A stretch of DNA of 64,000 nt, from positions 1,486 through 65,485 of the forward strand of contig JAGMAB010000001.1 of assembly GCA_023131055.1 (NCBI GenBank). The letters run 5' to 3'. The notes under the pieces are model-generated. The model worked only from the letters and a program-made list of their open reading frames with translations, searched no databases and was not told the origin of the DNA. Each line of letters begins with the position of its first letter. The stretch's first letter is position 1. Positions 53,869-62,972 of this stretch are shown here, one piece after another. This DNA is from Candidatus Parcubacteria bacterium (GTDB taxonomy: Bacteria; Patescibacteriota; Minisyncoccia; Minisyncoccales; JAGMAB01). A program made the position numbers and the translations under genes.

Positions 53869-55288
53869 ATTTGCAAAAACAATTTTAATAGTTTCCATTG
53901 CCATTTTTGGCGCGGGATTATTAGTGGTAGATTCTACTCAAGCTCAAGTTGTTGATGAGTTAGTTGTAGAATTTGAAAAAACACCTTTATTTGACGAGGC
54001 AGATTTTAAGCCGGGCGACAGTATTACCAGATGGGTAAAAGTAACCAATAACAGCGGTCAAACTCAACCAATTGCTACTGAAGCAATAAACTGGCCTGGT
54101 TTTCCTAATTCAAGCAATGTGCCAAATGATGATTTGTCCCGGGCTTTGTTAATCGTTATTAAAAAACAAGGAGGTTCTGATTTATACGGCGGTTCAAGTT
54201 CAACCGGTTCTAAATCTCTTTATAATTTTTATCAAGATAGTGATACATACCAAGAAATTTATCTATCTGAAGTTAATAATACACAAACAACTCAATATGA
54301 TTTTACGATTTCATTTCCATCAGAAAAAGAGAATGAATGGCAGGAAAAAACAACTGGTTTTGATATTATAATCGGTTTTCAAGGAACCGAAGGCGGTCCA
54401 ACACCTCCCAGTCCTCCTAGTCCGCCCGGTGGTGGTGGTGGTGGTGGTGGACTGCCACCAGGTCTAATTATTCAATATGAAAACACTGTTTGTGTCAGCA
54501 GCACTGATGCTATTATAACTTGGCTGACAAGTTATAACTCAACAAGCAGAGTGATTTATGACATTGAACCAGATAAATTTGTTTTATCCAGTTCCCCAAA
54601 TTATGGCTATGCTGATTCTACTGTTGAAGAAGATACTCCGGCTAATACCAGCGGAGTTACAGGCCATACAGTAGAAATTACCGGTCTTTCACCTAATACA
54701 GATTATTATTTTCGCTGTATTTCTCACGCTTCACCCCCAACAATCGGCACAGAACATAGTTTCACTACTTTAGCTATGGGAGAAAGAGATCCTTGTTGTG
54801 AAGGAACAACCGAAGAAGAAGGTCCTATTGCCCTTGGTGAGCAGGAAGAGGAGGAGGAAGAGGAAATTCTAATTCCTGAAATAATAGGCGAAGAAGAGGA
54901 GTTTCCTGCTTTTGGTGAGCAGGAAGAAGAGGAGGAAGAAATTCTCACTCCTGAAATAATAGGTGAAGAAGGTATTACTGAAGGAGAAGAGGAAATCACA
55001 GAAGAAGACACTTCACGCTTTTTAGCAGCAATTGTCAACTTTTTTACTTTGGAAAATTACTGTTGGCTCTTAACCCTTATTGGAATTATTTTGGCTTGTC
55101 TATTTGCCTTATCTAAAAATAAGAAGAAGTACTATTTGGGTTTAATTTTTGGTGTAATTGTATTAATTATTTTAGTTGTTTTATTAAAGTGTCTATTTTT
55201 AATAATTCCAATAGTTATATTAATTGTTTCTTTTCTTATCACATTATTAAAAAAGAAAAAACAAGCCCAAGAAACAAGTTGGAGTTAG
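53861..55288 (+). CDS. Exported protein with FN3-like domain, acidic stalk and C-terminal TM anchor
   Basis: Signal peptide, FKPGDSITRWVKVTN, Pro/Gly linker, HTVEITGLSPNTDYYFR, about 3 TMs then KKKK. Confidence 0.78.
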   Translation: MNKFAKTILIVSIAIFGAGLLVVDSTQAQVVDELVVEFEKTPLFDEADFKPGDSITRWVKVTNNSGQTQPIATEAINWPGFPNSSNVPNDDLSRALLIVIKKQGGSDLYGGSSSTGSKSLYNFYQDSDTYQEIYLSEVNNTQTTQYDFTISFPSEKENEWQEKTTGFDIIIGFQGTEGGPTPPSPPSPPGGGGGGGGLPPGLIIQYENTVCVSSTDAIITWLTSYNSTSRVIYDIEPDKFVLSSSPNYGYADSTVEEDTPANTSGVTGHTVEITGLSPNTDYYFRCISHASPPTIGTEHSFTTLAMGERDPCCEGTTEEEGPIALGEQEEEEEEEILIPEIIGEEEEFPAFGEQEEEEEEILTPEIIGEEGITEGEEEITEEDTSRFLAAIVNFFTLENYCWLLTLIGIILACLFALSKNKKKYYLGLIFGVIVLIILVVLLKCLFLIIPIVILIVSFLITLLKKKKQAQETSWS

Positions 55289-55358
55289 AATAATTAACAA
55301 ATTATATAGGTGTTCTTAAAAACGGAAACATCCAACTATGACAGTATAGTAGTAAAAA

Positions 55359-55406
55359 CAGGGGATAATCCCCTGTTTTTTTGTTGAAATGCGAAATGAT
55401 TGAAAA
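55359..55406 (+). repeat. Terminator plus conserved tail, copy 2 (copy 1 at 5027..5074)
   Basis: CAGGGGATAATCCCCTGTTTTTTTGTTGAAATGCGAAATGATTGAAAA. Confidence 0.75.
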
Positions 55407-55435
55407 CCAGTTAAAAAAGAAGTAAAATAAAATTG

Positions 55436-55684
55436 ATGTTAATTAAAGTTAAAGTTTTTCCAAATTCAAAAAAACAAGAAATAATCAAAAGGGCAAAAGA
55501 TAGTTTTGATGTTAAAGTTAAGGCAAAACCGATAAAAGGACAAGCGAATAGGGAAGTTATAAAAGCGCTTGCTTCTTTTCTTAAAATTCCGGAATCAAGA
55601 ATAAGAATGATTAAAGGATTTAAACAAAGAAACAAAGTTTTTGAAATTTTAAAAAGTGTTGACCTTGTGTTTCTGACAGGGTAA
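55436..55684 (+). CDS. DUF167/YggU family protein
   Basis: KVKVFPNSK, KAKPIKGQAN, KGFKQRNK. Confidence 0.85.
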   Translation: MLIKVKVFPNSKKQEIIKRAKDSFDVKVKAKPIKGQANREVIKALASFLKIPESRIRMIKGFKQRNKVFEILKSVDLVFLTG

Positions 55685-55693
55685 AATTAATTA

Positions 55694-57118
55694 ATGTTAA
55701 AAAAACCTAAAAAAACAATTAAAAAGCGCAAAATAATTAAGAGGGTTAAAACAAAAGCAAAAGCAAGAGCAAAGAAGGAGACAGACAAGGTAAAAAAAAC
55801 CAAAATCAAAGTAATTGGCATTGGCGGCGGCGGAAATTCAATTGTCTCGGAAATTGCCTCGCGGATGAAAAAAGCGAATTTTGTTGTTGCCAACACTGAT
55901 ATTCAGGCGTTAAAATCATCAAGCAGGCGCGCCGCGCATTTTCAGTTTGGCTTAAATCTTACCCAAGGACTTGGAACCGGAATGAATACGGAATTAGGAA
56001 TGGCTGCTGCCCAGGATGAAAAAGACAGAATAAAAAAAATGTTGGAAAATCAGGATTTAGTAATTTTGGTTGTTTCTCTGGGAGGAGGAACAGGGTCTGG
56101 CGCGGCTCCTATATTCGCTAAAATCTGCAAAGACCTGGGCAATTTATGCTTAGGTATTTTTACTTTGCCTTTTGAATTTGAAGGAGAAAAGAAAATGGAA
56201 ATCGCTAAAAACAGTTTGGCAAAACTAAAGTATCAATTAAACGCTTTTTCAGTTATTCCCAATGAAAGAATTTTCAGAATTATTGATGAAAAAACTCCGC
56301 TAAAAATGGCTCTCTCGGCAATAAATAAAAGTTTAACCGAAAGTTTGGAAGGCCTGATTGAAACAATTTACGAACCCGGCCTAATCAATATTGACTTTGC
56401 CGACTTAAAAACAATTCTTAGCGGACAGGGAAAATTGGCTTATCTAAATACCATAGAAATCCAGAAAAAAAGAGACACTGCCAAAGAAGCGATTGAAAAA
56501 GTCCTGAATTCTCCGTTATATCCTTACAGCATTAAAGGAGCTAAAGGAATTTTATTAAACATATCAGGACCAAAAGACCTTGGACTTTTTGAAGTGAGCA
56601 AAATTTCAAAGACAATTTCCGACCTGTTAAATAAAGAAGCAAAAATTATTTTTGGAGTTTCTCATAATAAAAAAAATTCCAATGTTATTAAAACAACTTT
56701 GCTGGCTACCGGCATTCCTTCACAGCGTCTTTCATTAAAAAAGCCTGCTGTACAGAAGAAAGTATTGCCAAAGAAAACATTGCCCAAGAAAAAAAGAAAA
56801 AGAAAAGTTTCCAAGCCAAGCAAAATAACCAAACCAATTAAAAAAATAAAAAAAACCAAGCCAATTAAACCAATCAAGCCGGTTAAACCGGTTCAAACCC
56901 CAAAAAATCTTCTACCAAAAGTTATTGATGCTTCGGCAGGCTCAGCACCAATAATTTCAATTCATCCTGAAGAAAAACATTTGGAAGAAAAAAATTCTGA
57001 AAAAGTCAGAAAAAACGCTCTTCAAATAAAAAAGGAAGTGGAGGAAACCGAGAAAAAAATGAACGAACAGGAAAAAATCTGGGAAACTCCAACTTTCTTG
57101 CGAAGAAAACATGAGTAA
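55694..57118 (+). CDS. ftsZ: Cell division GTPase FtsZ
   Basis: IKVIGIGGGG, NTDIQAL, LGGGTGSGAAP, INIDFAD, C-terminal PTFLR. Confidence 0.93.
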   Translation: MLKKPKKTIKKRKIIKRVKTKAKARAKKETDKVKKTKIKVIGIGGGGNSIVSEIASRMKKANFVVANTDIQALKSSSRRAAHFQFGLNLTQGLGTGMNTELGMAAAQDEKDRIKKMLENQDLVILVVSLGGGTGSGAAPIFAKICKDLGNLCLGIFTLPFEFEGEKKMEIAKNSLAKLKYQLNAFSVIPNERIFRIIDEKTPLKMALSAINKSLTESLEGLIETIYEPGLINIDFADLKTILSGQGKLAYLNTIEIQKKRDTAKEAIEKVLNSPLYPYSIKGAKGILLNISGPKDLGLFEVSKISKTISDLLNKEAKIIFGVSHNKKNSNVIKTTLLATGIPSQRLSLKKPAVQKKVLPKKTLPKKKRKRKVSKPSKITKPIKKIKKTKPIKPIKPVKPVQTPKNLLPKVIDASAGSAPIISIHPEEKHLEEKNSEKVRKNALQIKKEVEETEKKMNEQEKIWETPTFLRRKHE

Positions 57119-58046
57119 TATTATGTATGATTTAATTATTATTGGCGGCGGACCCACCGGAATTACCGCAGGAATTTACGCCGCGCGGCAAAATTTAAAA
57201 ACGCTTTTGATTGCTAAAAGTTTTGGAGGACAAATGACCCGTAAAGCAGTTGCTATTGAGAATTATCCCGGATTTGAGGAAATTTCCGGAATGGATTTAA
57301 TCCAAAAATTTGAAGAACACTTAAAAAAATATGAAATTACGATTGAAAGGGATTCAGTGATTGAATTAAGCAAAAACCAGGAGAATTTCCTTGTTATTAC
57401 AAAAGGAAAAAAGCAATTTCAGGCAAGCGCTGTTATCATTGCTTCCGGAGCCGACCCGCGTTCTTTGGGAGTTCCCGGAGAAAAAGAATTTGTCGGCAAA
57501 GGAATAAGCTTTTGCGTCCAATGCGACGGTCCTTTGTTTTTTGGCAAGAAAGTGGCAATAATCGGCGGCGGCAATGCCGGTTTTGAAGCCGCTTTATCTC
57601 TAAGTAAAATTGCGGAAAAAATTTATATTTTAGAATATGGCGCAAAAGCAATAGCGGATAAAACCATTCAGGAAAAAATTAAGAAAAAAGAAAACACGCA
57701 AGTGCTCACTTCCGCTGCGCTAAAAGAAATTAAAGGAAAAGAATTTGTGAGTTCAATTGTTTATCAAGACAGAAAAACCGAAAAAAACATTGAACTTGTT
57801 TTGGATGGCGTTTTTATTGAAATCGGCAGCAAACCCGCAACAAATTTTATCAAGGACTTGGTTGATTTTAATGAAAGAGGAGAAATTAAAATCAATCTAT
57901 CAAACTGCCAAACCAAAACAGAGGGTCTTTTCGCGGCCGGCGATGTTACTGAAATAAAAGCAAAGCAAATAGTCATTGCCGCGGGCGAAGGAGCCAAAGC
58001 CGCTATATCTGTTAATGATTACTTGCAGAGGAAAAATGAGGATTAA
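57111..58046 (+). CDS. trxB: Thioredoxin reductase-like FAD oxidoreductase
   Basis: IIGGGPTG, IENYPG, CVQCDG, GGGNAG, FAAGD. Confidence 0.88.
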   Translation: MSNIMYDLIIIGGGPTGITAGIYAARQNLKTLLIAKSFGGQMTRKAVAIENYPGFEEISGMDLIQKFEEHLKKYEITIERDSVIELSKNQENFLVITKGKKQFQASAVIIASGADPRSLGVPGEKEFVGKGISFCVQCDGPLFFGKKVAIIGGGNAGFEAALSLSKIAEKIYILEYGAKAIADKTIQEKIKKKENTQVLTSAALKEIKGKEFVSSIVYQDRKTEKNIELVLDGVFIEIGSKPATNFIKDLVDFNERGEIKINLSNCQTKTEGLFAAGDVTEIKAKQIVIAAGEGAKAAISVNDYLQRKNED

Positions 58047-59304
58047 AAAAATTCAAGCCAGAGAAATTCTGGATTCAAGAGGAAATTTAACAATTGAAGC
58101 GGAACTATCTGCTGATTTTGGCAAGTTTTCTGCTTCGGTTCCATCCGGCGCCTCGGTTGGAAAATATGAAGCCAAAGAATTAAAATCTCATAAAGCGATA
58201 AAAAACATAGAAAAGATTATTGCTTTGCGATTAAAAGGAAAAAATGTAAGCACCCAGAAAGAAATAGATGATTTAATGATAAAGTTAGACGGCACTAAAA
58301 ATAAATCGCGATTAGGCGCTAATGCTATTTTAAGCGTATCCATAGCGTTCTGCCGCGCCAGCGCGGCAGCCAAAAATATCCCTTTATATCAGCGCATTGC
58401 TCAATTAGGGGAAAACAAGTCTCCTTTAACTTTGCCGCAGCCTTGTTTTAATATTATCAATGGAGGAGCTCATGCCGGAAATAATTTAGATTTTCAAGAA
58501 TTTATGATTGTTCCTCAAATTAAACCTTTTTCCAAAGCTTTACGAGCTGGTTGTGAAATTTATCAGGAATTGGCAAAAATTTTACAGAAAAAATACGGCA
58601 AATCAGCTATAAATGTTGGATTGGAAGGCGGATTTGCTCCGCCAATAAAATATCCGGAAGATGCCTTGAATCTAATTCAAAAAGCAATAAAACAAACCGG
58701 CTATAACGGCGAAGCCGATATATCCAGAGAAGCTGGCTATAAAAACAAAGTGAAAATTATTTTGGATGTTGCCGCTTCCCAGTTTTTTCAAAACAAAAAA
58801 TACAAAACAAATTTTGGCGTTTTCAATTCTAAACAATTATTAAAATATTATTTGTCTTTAATCAAAAAATATCCGATTATGGCAATTGAGGATCCTTTTG
58901 CTGAAAATGATTGGCAGGGTTTCAAAGAGCTGACGGAGAACAGTTCTCCGTTAGATAACGGAGAACTGTTCTCCGTAATTGGCGATGATTTAACTGTTAC
59001 AAATATCAAAAGAATTAAAAAAGCGGTTCAGGAAAAAGCGGTTCAGGGCATAATAATAAAACCAAATCAAATCGGAACAATTTCAGAAACAATAGAAGCA
59101 ATAAAATACGCCAAAAAAAATAATCTGAAAATTTTTGTCAAACATCGTTCAGGAGAAACCAATGACGATTTTATCGCTGATTTAGCAGTAGGAATAGGCG
59201 CTGATGGAATAATGGCAGGCGCGCCTGCCTGCGGCGAACGCGTGGCAAAATACAACCGCTTGCTGAAAATTGAACAAGAATTAAAAGAAGAAAAAAATGG
59301 CTAA
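58036..59304 (+). CDS. eno: Enolase
   Basis: AREILDSRG, VPSGAS, IGDDL, KPNQIG, HRSGET, ERVAKYN. Confidence 0.95.
   Translation: MRIKKIQAREILDSRGNLTIEAELSADFGKFSASVPSGASVGKYEAKELKSHKAIKNIEKIIALRLKGKNVSTQKEIDDLMIKLDGTKNKSRLGANAILSVSIAFCRASAAAKNIPLYQRIAQLGENKSPLTLPQPCFNIINGGAHAGNNLDFQEFMIVPQIKPFSKALRAGCEIYQELAKILQKKYGKSAINVGLEGGFAPPIKYPEDALNLIQKAIKQTGYNGEADISREAGYKNKVKIILDVAASQFFQNKKYKTNFGVFNSKQLLKYYLSLIKKYPIMAIEDPFAENDWQGFKELTENSSPLDNGELFSVIGDDLTVTNIKRIKKAVQEKAVQGIIIKPNQIGTISETIEAIKYAKKNNLKIFVKHRSGETNDDFIADLAVGIGADGIMAGAPACGERVAKYNRLLKIEQELKEEKNG
58930..58978. repeat. Two tandem palindromes (GAGAA-N3-TTCTC family) inside eno
   Basis: CTGACGGAGAA-CAG-TTCTCCGTTAG and ACGGAGAA-CTG-TTCTCCGT. Confidence 0.8.
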
Positions 59305-59974
59305 ATTAATTTTATTAAGACATCTCAAATCGCAATGGAATTTGGAAAACAGATTTTCCGGCTGGGTTGATGTTCCTTTATGTAAAGAAGGAATTAAAAA
59401 AGCCAAAGAAATTTCCAAAAAAGTATTTAAAAATAAAATTGACATTGCTTATTCTTCCCCCTTGCTTAGAAACCAAAACACATTGGTAAGAATTTTGGAT
59501 TATGTTGCTCGCAAATACCCGATTTTTATCCATCTTGACAAAGGAAAAATGAAAAAATACGGGAATTTCACGGAAATACACAAAAACTATTTGCCCGTAT
59601 ATATTTCTGAAAATTTAAATGAAAGATATTATGGAAAACTGCAGGGATTAAACAAGCAAGAAATTATTAAAAAATACGGGCTAAAAAAAGTTCATCTTTG
59701 GAGAAGGGGATTTGAGCAAACTCCTCCGGGCGGCGAAAGCTTAAAAGACACATATAAAAGAGCAGTGCCATTTTTTCGCAGATATATTGAAAAAGATTTA
59801 AAAAAAGGAAAAAATGTTTTAATAGTAGCCAGCCATAATAGTTTGCGCGCAATAGTTAAATATATTGAAAAAATATCTGACAAAGACATTGCTGAGCTTG
59901 AAATACCTTTTGCCGGAATAATAAATTATAAATTTCATAAATCATTAAAATTAAAAAACAAAAACATACTTTAA
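59297..59974 (+). CDS. gpmA: 2,3-bisphosphoglycerate-dependent phosphoglycerate mutase
   Basis: LRHLKSQWNLENRFSGW, LNERYYGKLQG, PPGGESL, SHNSLR. Confidence 0.9.
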   Translation: MAKLILLRHLKSQWNLENRFSGWVDVPLCKEGIKKAKEISKKVFKNKIDIAYSSPLLRNQNTLVRILDYVARKYPIFIHLDKGKMKKYGNFTEIHKNYLPVYISENLNERYYGKLQGLNKQEIIKKYGLKKVHLWRRGFEQTPPGGESLKDTYKRAVPFFRRYIEKDLKKGKNVLIVASHNSLRAIVKYIEKISDKDIAELEIPFAGIINYKFHKSLKLKNKNIL

Positions 59975-60033
59975 AATAAATGCCCAAAATTCTAAAGGTC
60001 GTTTGAAAATTCAAAAAGTGCGGGATAAAATTT

Positions 60034-60300
60034 ATGAAGGTCTTAAAAATCGGAGCAAAATGGTGTCCGGGATGCAAAATAATGACGCCAAGATGGCAGG
60101 AAATTGAAAAAGAAAACCCTTGGCTGAAAACCGAATACATTGGAGTGGACGAGCATCCGGAAATGATAAACAAATATCATATTACAAATATGCCGGCTTT
60201 TCTTTTTTTAGACAAAGAGGAAAAAGAAATTACAAGATTTTCCGGAGAAGTAGAAAAAGAAATTTTGGTCAAATGTATTTTAGAAAATAAAGATAAATAA
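60034..60300 (+). CDS. Thioredoxin family protein
   Basis: WCPGC motif. Confidence 0.85.
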   Translation: MKVLKIGAKWCPGCKIMTPRWQEIEKENPWLKTEYIGVDEHPEMINKYHITNMPAFLFLDKEEKEITRFSGEVEKEILVKCILENKDK

Positions 60301-60335
60301 TTGCCAAGTTTTTTATTTTGTGATAGCATAAAATT

Positions 60336-61004
60336 ATGTTTAATATGTTTACAAAATCTATCAAAATTTTAGCGTTAATTGCTTTCCTTGTGGCTGCGGG
60401 CGTAATATCTATCGGGATTTTTTCCAATCTTGATAAAATCAAAACTCTCTCTTCTCAACAAGATAAAGAGCAAGATTCAAACGCGCAAAAAATAGCTGAA
60501 AAAGCAATAGATTATATTAATGAAAATATGCTGAAGGGAACAACCGCTTCCTTAATAAGCGTTGTTGAAGAAACCGGATTGTATACATTCCAATTAAAAA
60601 TAGGGGATAATGAATTTACTTCTTATGTAACTTCAGACGGAAAATTTTTATTTCCAGACCCGCCTGTTGATTTAGAACAAAAAATTTCTAAAGAAGAGCC
60701 GGAACAACCTGAAGAAAAAGAATATTCTTTAAAAACATTAGAGAATTTGGCTAAGTGTTTAACTGAAAAGGGGGCAAAGTTTTATGGCTCTTCCGGATGC
60801 GGTTGGTGTAATCGCCAGAAGACCCTTTTTGGAGAAGCGTCTCAATATCTGCCCTATGTTGAATGCGCGGATGAAAAGACAAAGCATCTCTGCGAAGAAG
60901 CAGAAATTGGACCAATCCCTACTTGGGATTTCCCAGACGGGCAAAGAGTAGAGGGATTTCAATCCATTGAAAAATTAGCCGAGTTATCCGGCTGCTCTCT
61001 ATGA
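60336..61004 (+). CDS. Membrane-anchored thioredoxin-fold protein
   Basis: N-terminal TM; FYGSSGCGWC, YVEC, IPTW. Confidence 0.75.
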   Translation: MFNMFTKSIKILALIAFLVAAGVISIGIFSNLDKIKTLSSQQDKEQDSNAQKIAEKAIDYINENMLKGTTASLISVVEETGLYTFQLKIGDNEFTSYVTSDGKFLFPDPPVDLEQKISKEEPEQPEEKEYSLKTLENLAKCLTEKGAKFYGSSGCGWCNRQKTLFGEASQYLPYVECADEKTKHLCEEAEIGPIPTWDFPDGQRVEGFQSIEKLAELSGCSL

Positions 61005-61234
61005 TTAAAATTTATTTAACTCCTACCTGCCCTTATTGTTCTACTCTTAAAGGATTTTTGAAAGAGCGTAATATAGATTTTCAAGAAATTGATGTCTCTC
61101 AAAATGAAAAAGACAGAGATGAAATGATTGCAAAATCGCATCAAATGGAAGTGCCGGTAGTGGAAATTGACAACGAGATTGTAGTAAGCTTTGACAGAGA
61201 AAAAATCTGTAAATTACTTAATATCAAAGATTAA
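61001..61234 (+). CDS. Glutaredoxin/NrdH-like protein
   Basis: CPYC and VPV motifs. Confidence 0.88.
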   Translation: MIKIYLTPTCPYCSTLKGFLKERNIDFQEIDVSQNEKDRDEMIAKSHQMEVPVVEIDNEIVVSFDREKICKLLNIKD

Positions 61235-61236
61235 AG

Positions 61237-62247
61237 ATGATAAAAATTGCTATAAACGGATTTGGGAGAATTGGGAGAGCAACATTTAAAAGGATTCTTG
61301 ACAAGCATCCTGATTTAGAAATTGCGGCGATTAATGATTTAACAGACCCGAAAACATTGGCGCATCTGTTAAAATATGATTCTTTGTATGGAATTTATAA
61401 CAAAACGATTCAATCTACCGAGAACTCGCTTATTGTAGCTGATAAAGAAATTAGAATTTTTGCCGAGAAAGACCCGATTAATCTGCCCTGGAAAAAAATG
61501 GGAATTGACATTGTTTTGGAATGCACCGGCATTTTCAGGGATTATGAAGGCGCAAAAAAACATCTAAAAGCCGGGGCAAAAAAAGTAGTAATTTCCGCTC
61601 CGTCCAAAACACCTGAAAAAATTCCGTCTTTTATCTTGGGAGTAAATGAAGAAAAATTTGACGCTAAAAAAGACGAAATTATGGATATGGGTTCCTGCAC
61701 TACTAATTGTTTGGCGCCGGTGGTCAAAATTCTTCAGGACAATTTCAAAATTATTCAGGGGTTTATGACCACTATTCATAGTTATACTAATGACCAAAAA
61801 ATTTTAGACCTGCCGCACAAGGATTTGCGTCGGGCAAGAGCAGCCGGTATAAATATCATTCCAACCACTACAGGAGCCACAAAAGCAATCGGAAAAGTAA
61901 TGCCGGAACTTGAAGGAAAGTTAAACGGCATAGCAATGAGAGTGCCCCTGCCTGTTGTTTCAGTTATAGATTTAATTTGCCAAACAGAAAAGAAAACATC
62001 TATTGAAGAAGTAAATTATATTTTCAAAAAAGAATCTCAAACAGACAAATTAAAAGGAATTTTTGGAATTGAAGACGCGCCTTTGGTTTCTTCGGACTAC
62101 AAAGGAAATTCTTTTTCCGCAATTGTTGACGCCGGGTTAACAATGGCGCAAGATAATCTGGTAAAAGTTGTCGCTTGGTATGACAATGAATACGGCTACG
62201 CGTGCCGCTTGGCAGAATTCGCCGAATTTGTCGGCAAAAGAATTTAA
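61237..62247 (+). CDS. gap: Type I glyceraldehyde-3-phosphate dehydrogenase
   Basis: INGFGRIGR, SCTTNCLAP, WYDNE. Confidence 0.97.
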   Translation: MIKIAINGFGRIGRATFKRILDKHPDLEIAAINDLTDPKTLAHLLKYDSLYGIYNKTIQSTENSLIVADKEIRIFAEKDPINLPWKKMGIDIVLECTGIFRDYEGAKKHLKAGAKKVVISAPSKTPEKIPSFILGVNEEKFDAKKDEIMDMGSCTTNCLAPVVKILQDNFKIIQGFMTTIHSYTNDQKILDLPHKDLRRARAAGINIIPTTTGATKAIGKVMPELEGKLNGIAMRVPLPVVSVIDLICQTEKKTSIEEVNYIFKKESQTDKLKGIFGIEDAPLVSSDYKGNSFSAIVDAGLTMAQDNLVKVVAWYDNEYGYACRLAEFAEFVGKRI

Positions 62248-62307
62248 GAACCTGCCTCGCTTTGCTCGGCAGAACCTTGCTGCCTTTGGCAGTAAACATT
62301 AAACATT

Positions 62308-62328
62308 GCCGCTAACAAGCGGCTTTTT
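62308..62328 (+). terminator. Intrinsic terminator after gap
   Basis: GCCGCT-AACA-AGCGGC-TTTTT. Confidence 0.65.
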
Positions 62329-62363
62329 AATTTGTCTAAATTTTGGTAAGATAAAGATACAAT

Positions 62364-62972
62364 ATGGCTTTGTTAAATTTTGAAGAAACAAAAAAACTTT
62401 TGCGGAAATATAAAATTCCGCTTTGCAAAACCAAAATAAGCAAATCAAAAGAACAAGCGATTAAAATAGCTGAAAAAATCGGGTATCCTTTGGTTTTGAA
62501 AATTGCTCCGCTTAAAATTGTTCATAAAACAAAAATTAACGGAGTGAAAACAGGAATAAAAAATGAAAAACAATTGAAAAAAACTTGGGATAATTTGTCA
62601 AAAGTCAAAGAAATTGAAGGAATTCTAATTCAAAAAATGCTCTCCGGCAGGGAAATAGTTTTGGGAATAAAAAGAGACCTGCAGCTTGGTTCGGTTTTAA
62701 TGTTTGGTTTGGGCGGAATTTTTGTTGAAGTTGTAAAAGATGTCTCTTTCAGAATTTGCCCTGTTTCAAAAAAACAAGCTGAAAAAATGGTCAAGGAAAT
62801 AAAGGGTTATCCTGTTTTATCTAACGAGGTGAATATTAAACAAATTATTAAAATCATTGTTAATCTTTCAAAACTTGCCGGAAGACAAAAAAAGATTAAA
62901 GAAATTGACTTAAATCCAATAATTGTTAATGAGAAAAAAGCGTTAGTTGTAGACGCTAAAATTATTGTATGA
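62364..62972 (+). CDS. ADP-forming acetate--CoA ligase, beta (ATP-grasp) subunit
   Basis: GYPLVLK, HKT, FGLGGIFVEVVKD, EIDLNP. Confidence 0.88.
   Translation: MALLNFEETKKLLRKYKIPLCKTKISKSKEQAIKIAEKIGYPLVLKIAPLKIVHKTKINGVKTGIKNEKQLKKTWDNLSKVKEIEGILIQKMLSGREIVLGIKRDLQLGSVLMFGLGGIFVEVVKDVSFRICPVSKKQAEKMVKEIKGYPVLSNEVNIKQIIKIIVNLSKLAGRQKKIKEIDLNPIIVNEKKALVVDAKIIV

Noticed and set aside
53142..53882. Ser-rich antisense ORFs (also 54724..55038, 50796..51410 and other shadow ORFs)
   Set aside because: They are mirror frames of Glu-rich or repetitive sense genes, with no independent signals.
54428..54451. (GGT)n run as a phase-variation switch
   Set aside because: The triplet unit only alters poly-Gly linker length.
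43300..55400. Prophage or diversity-generating retroelement in the accessory region
   Set aside because: No capsid, terminase, integrase or reverse transcriptase, and no adenine-specific TR/VR pair seen.
62255..62300. Two small CTGCC/GGCAG hairpins after gap as an ncRNA
   Set aside because: Short stems next to a terminator; most simply 3' UTR stabilisers or REP-like remnants.
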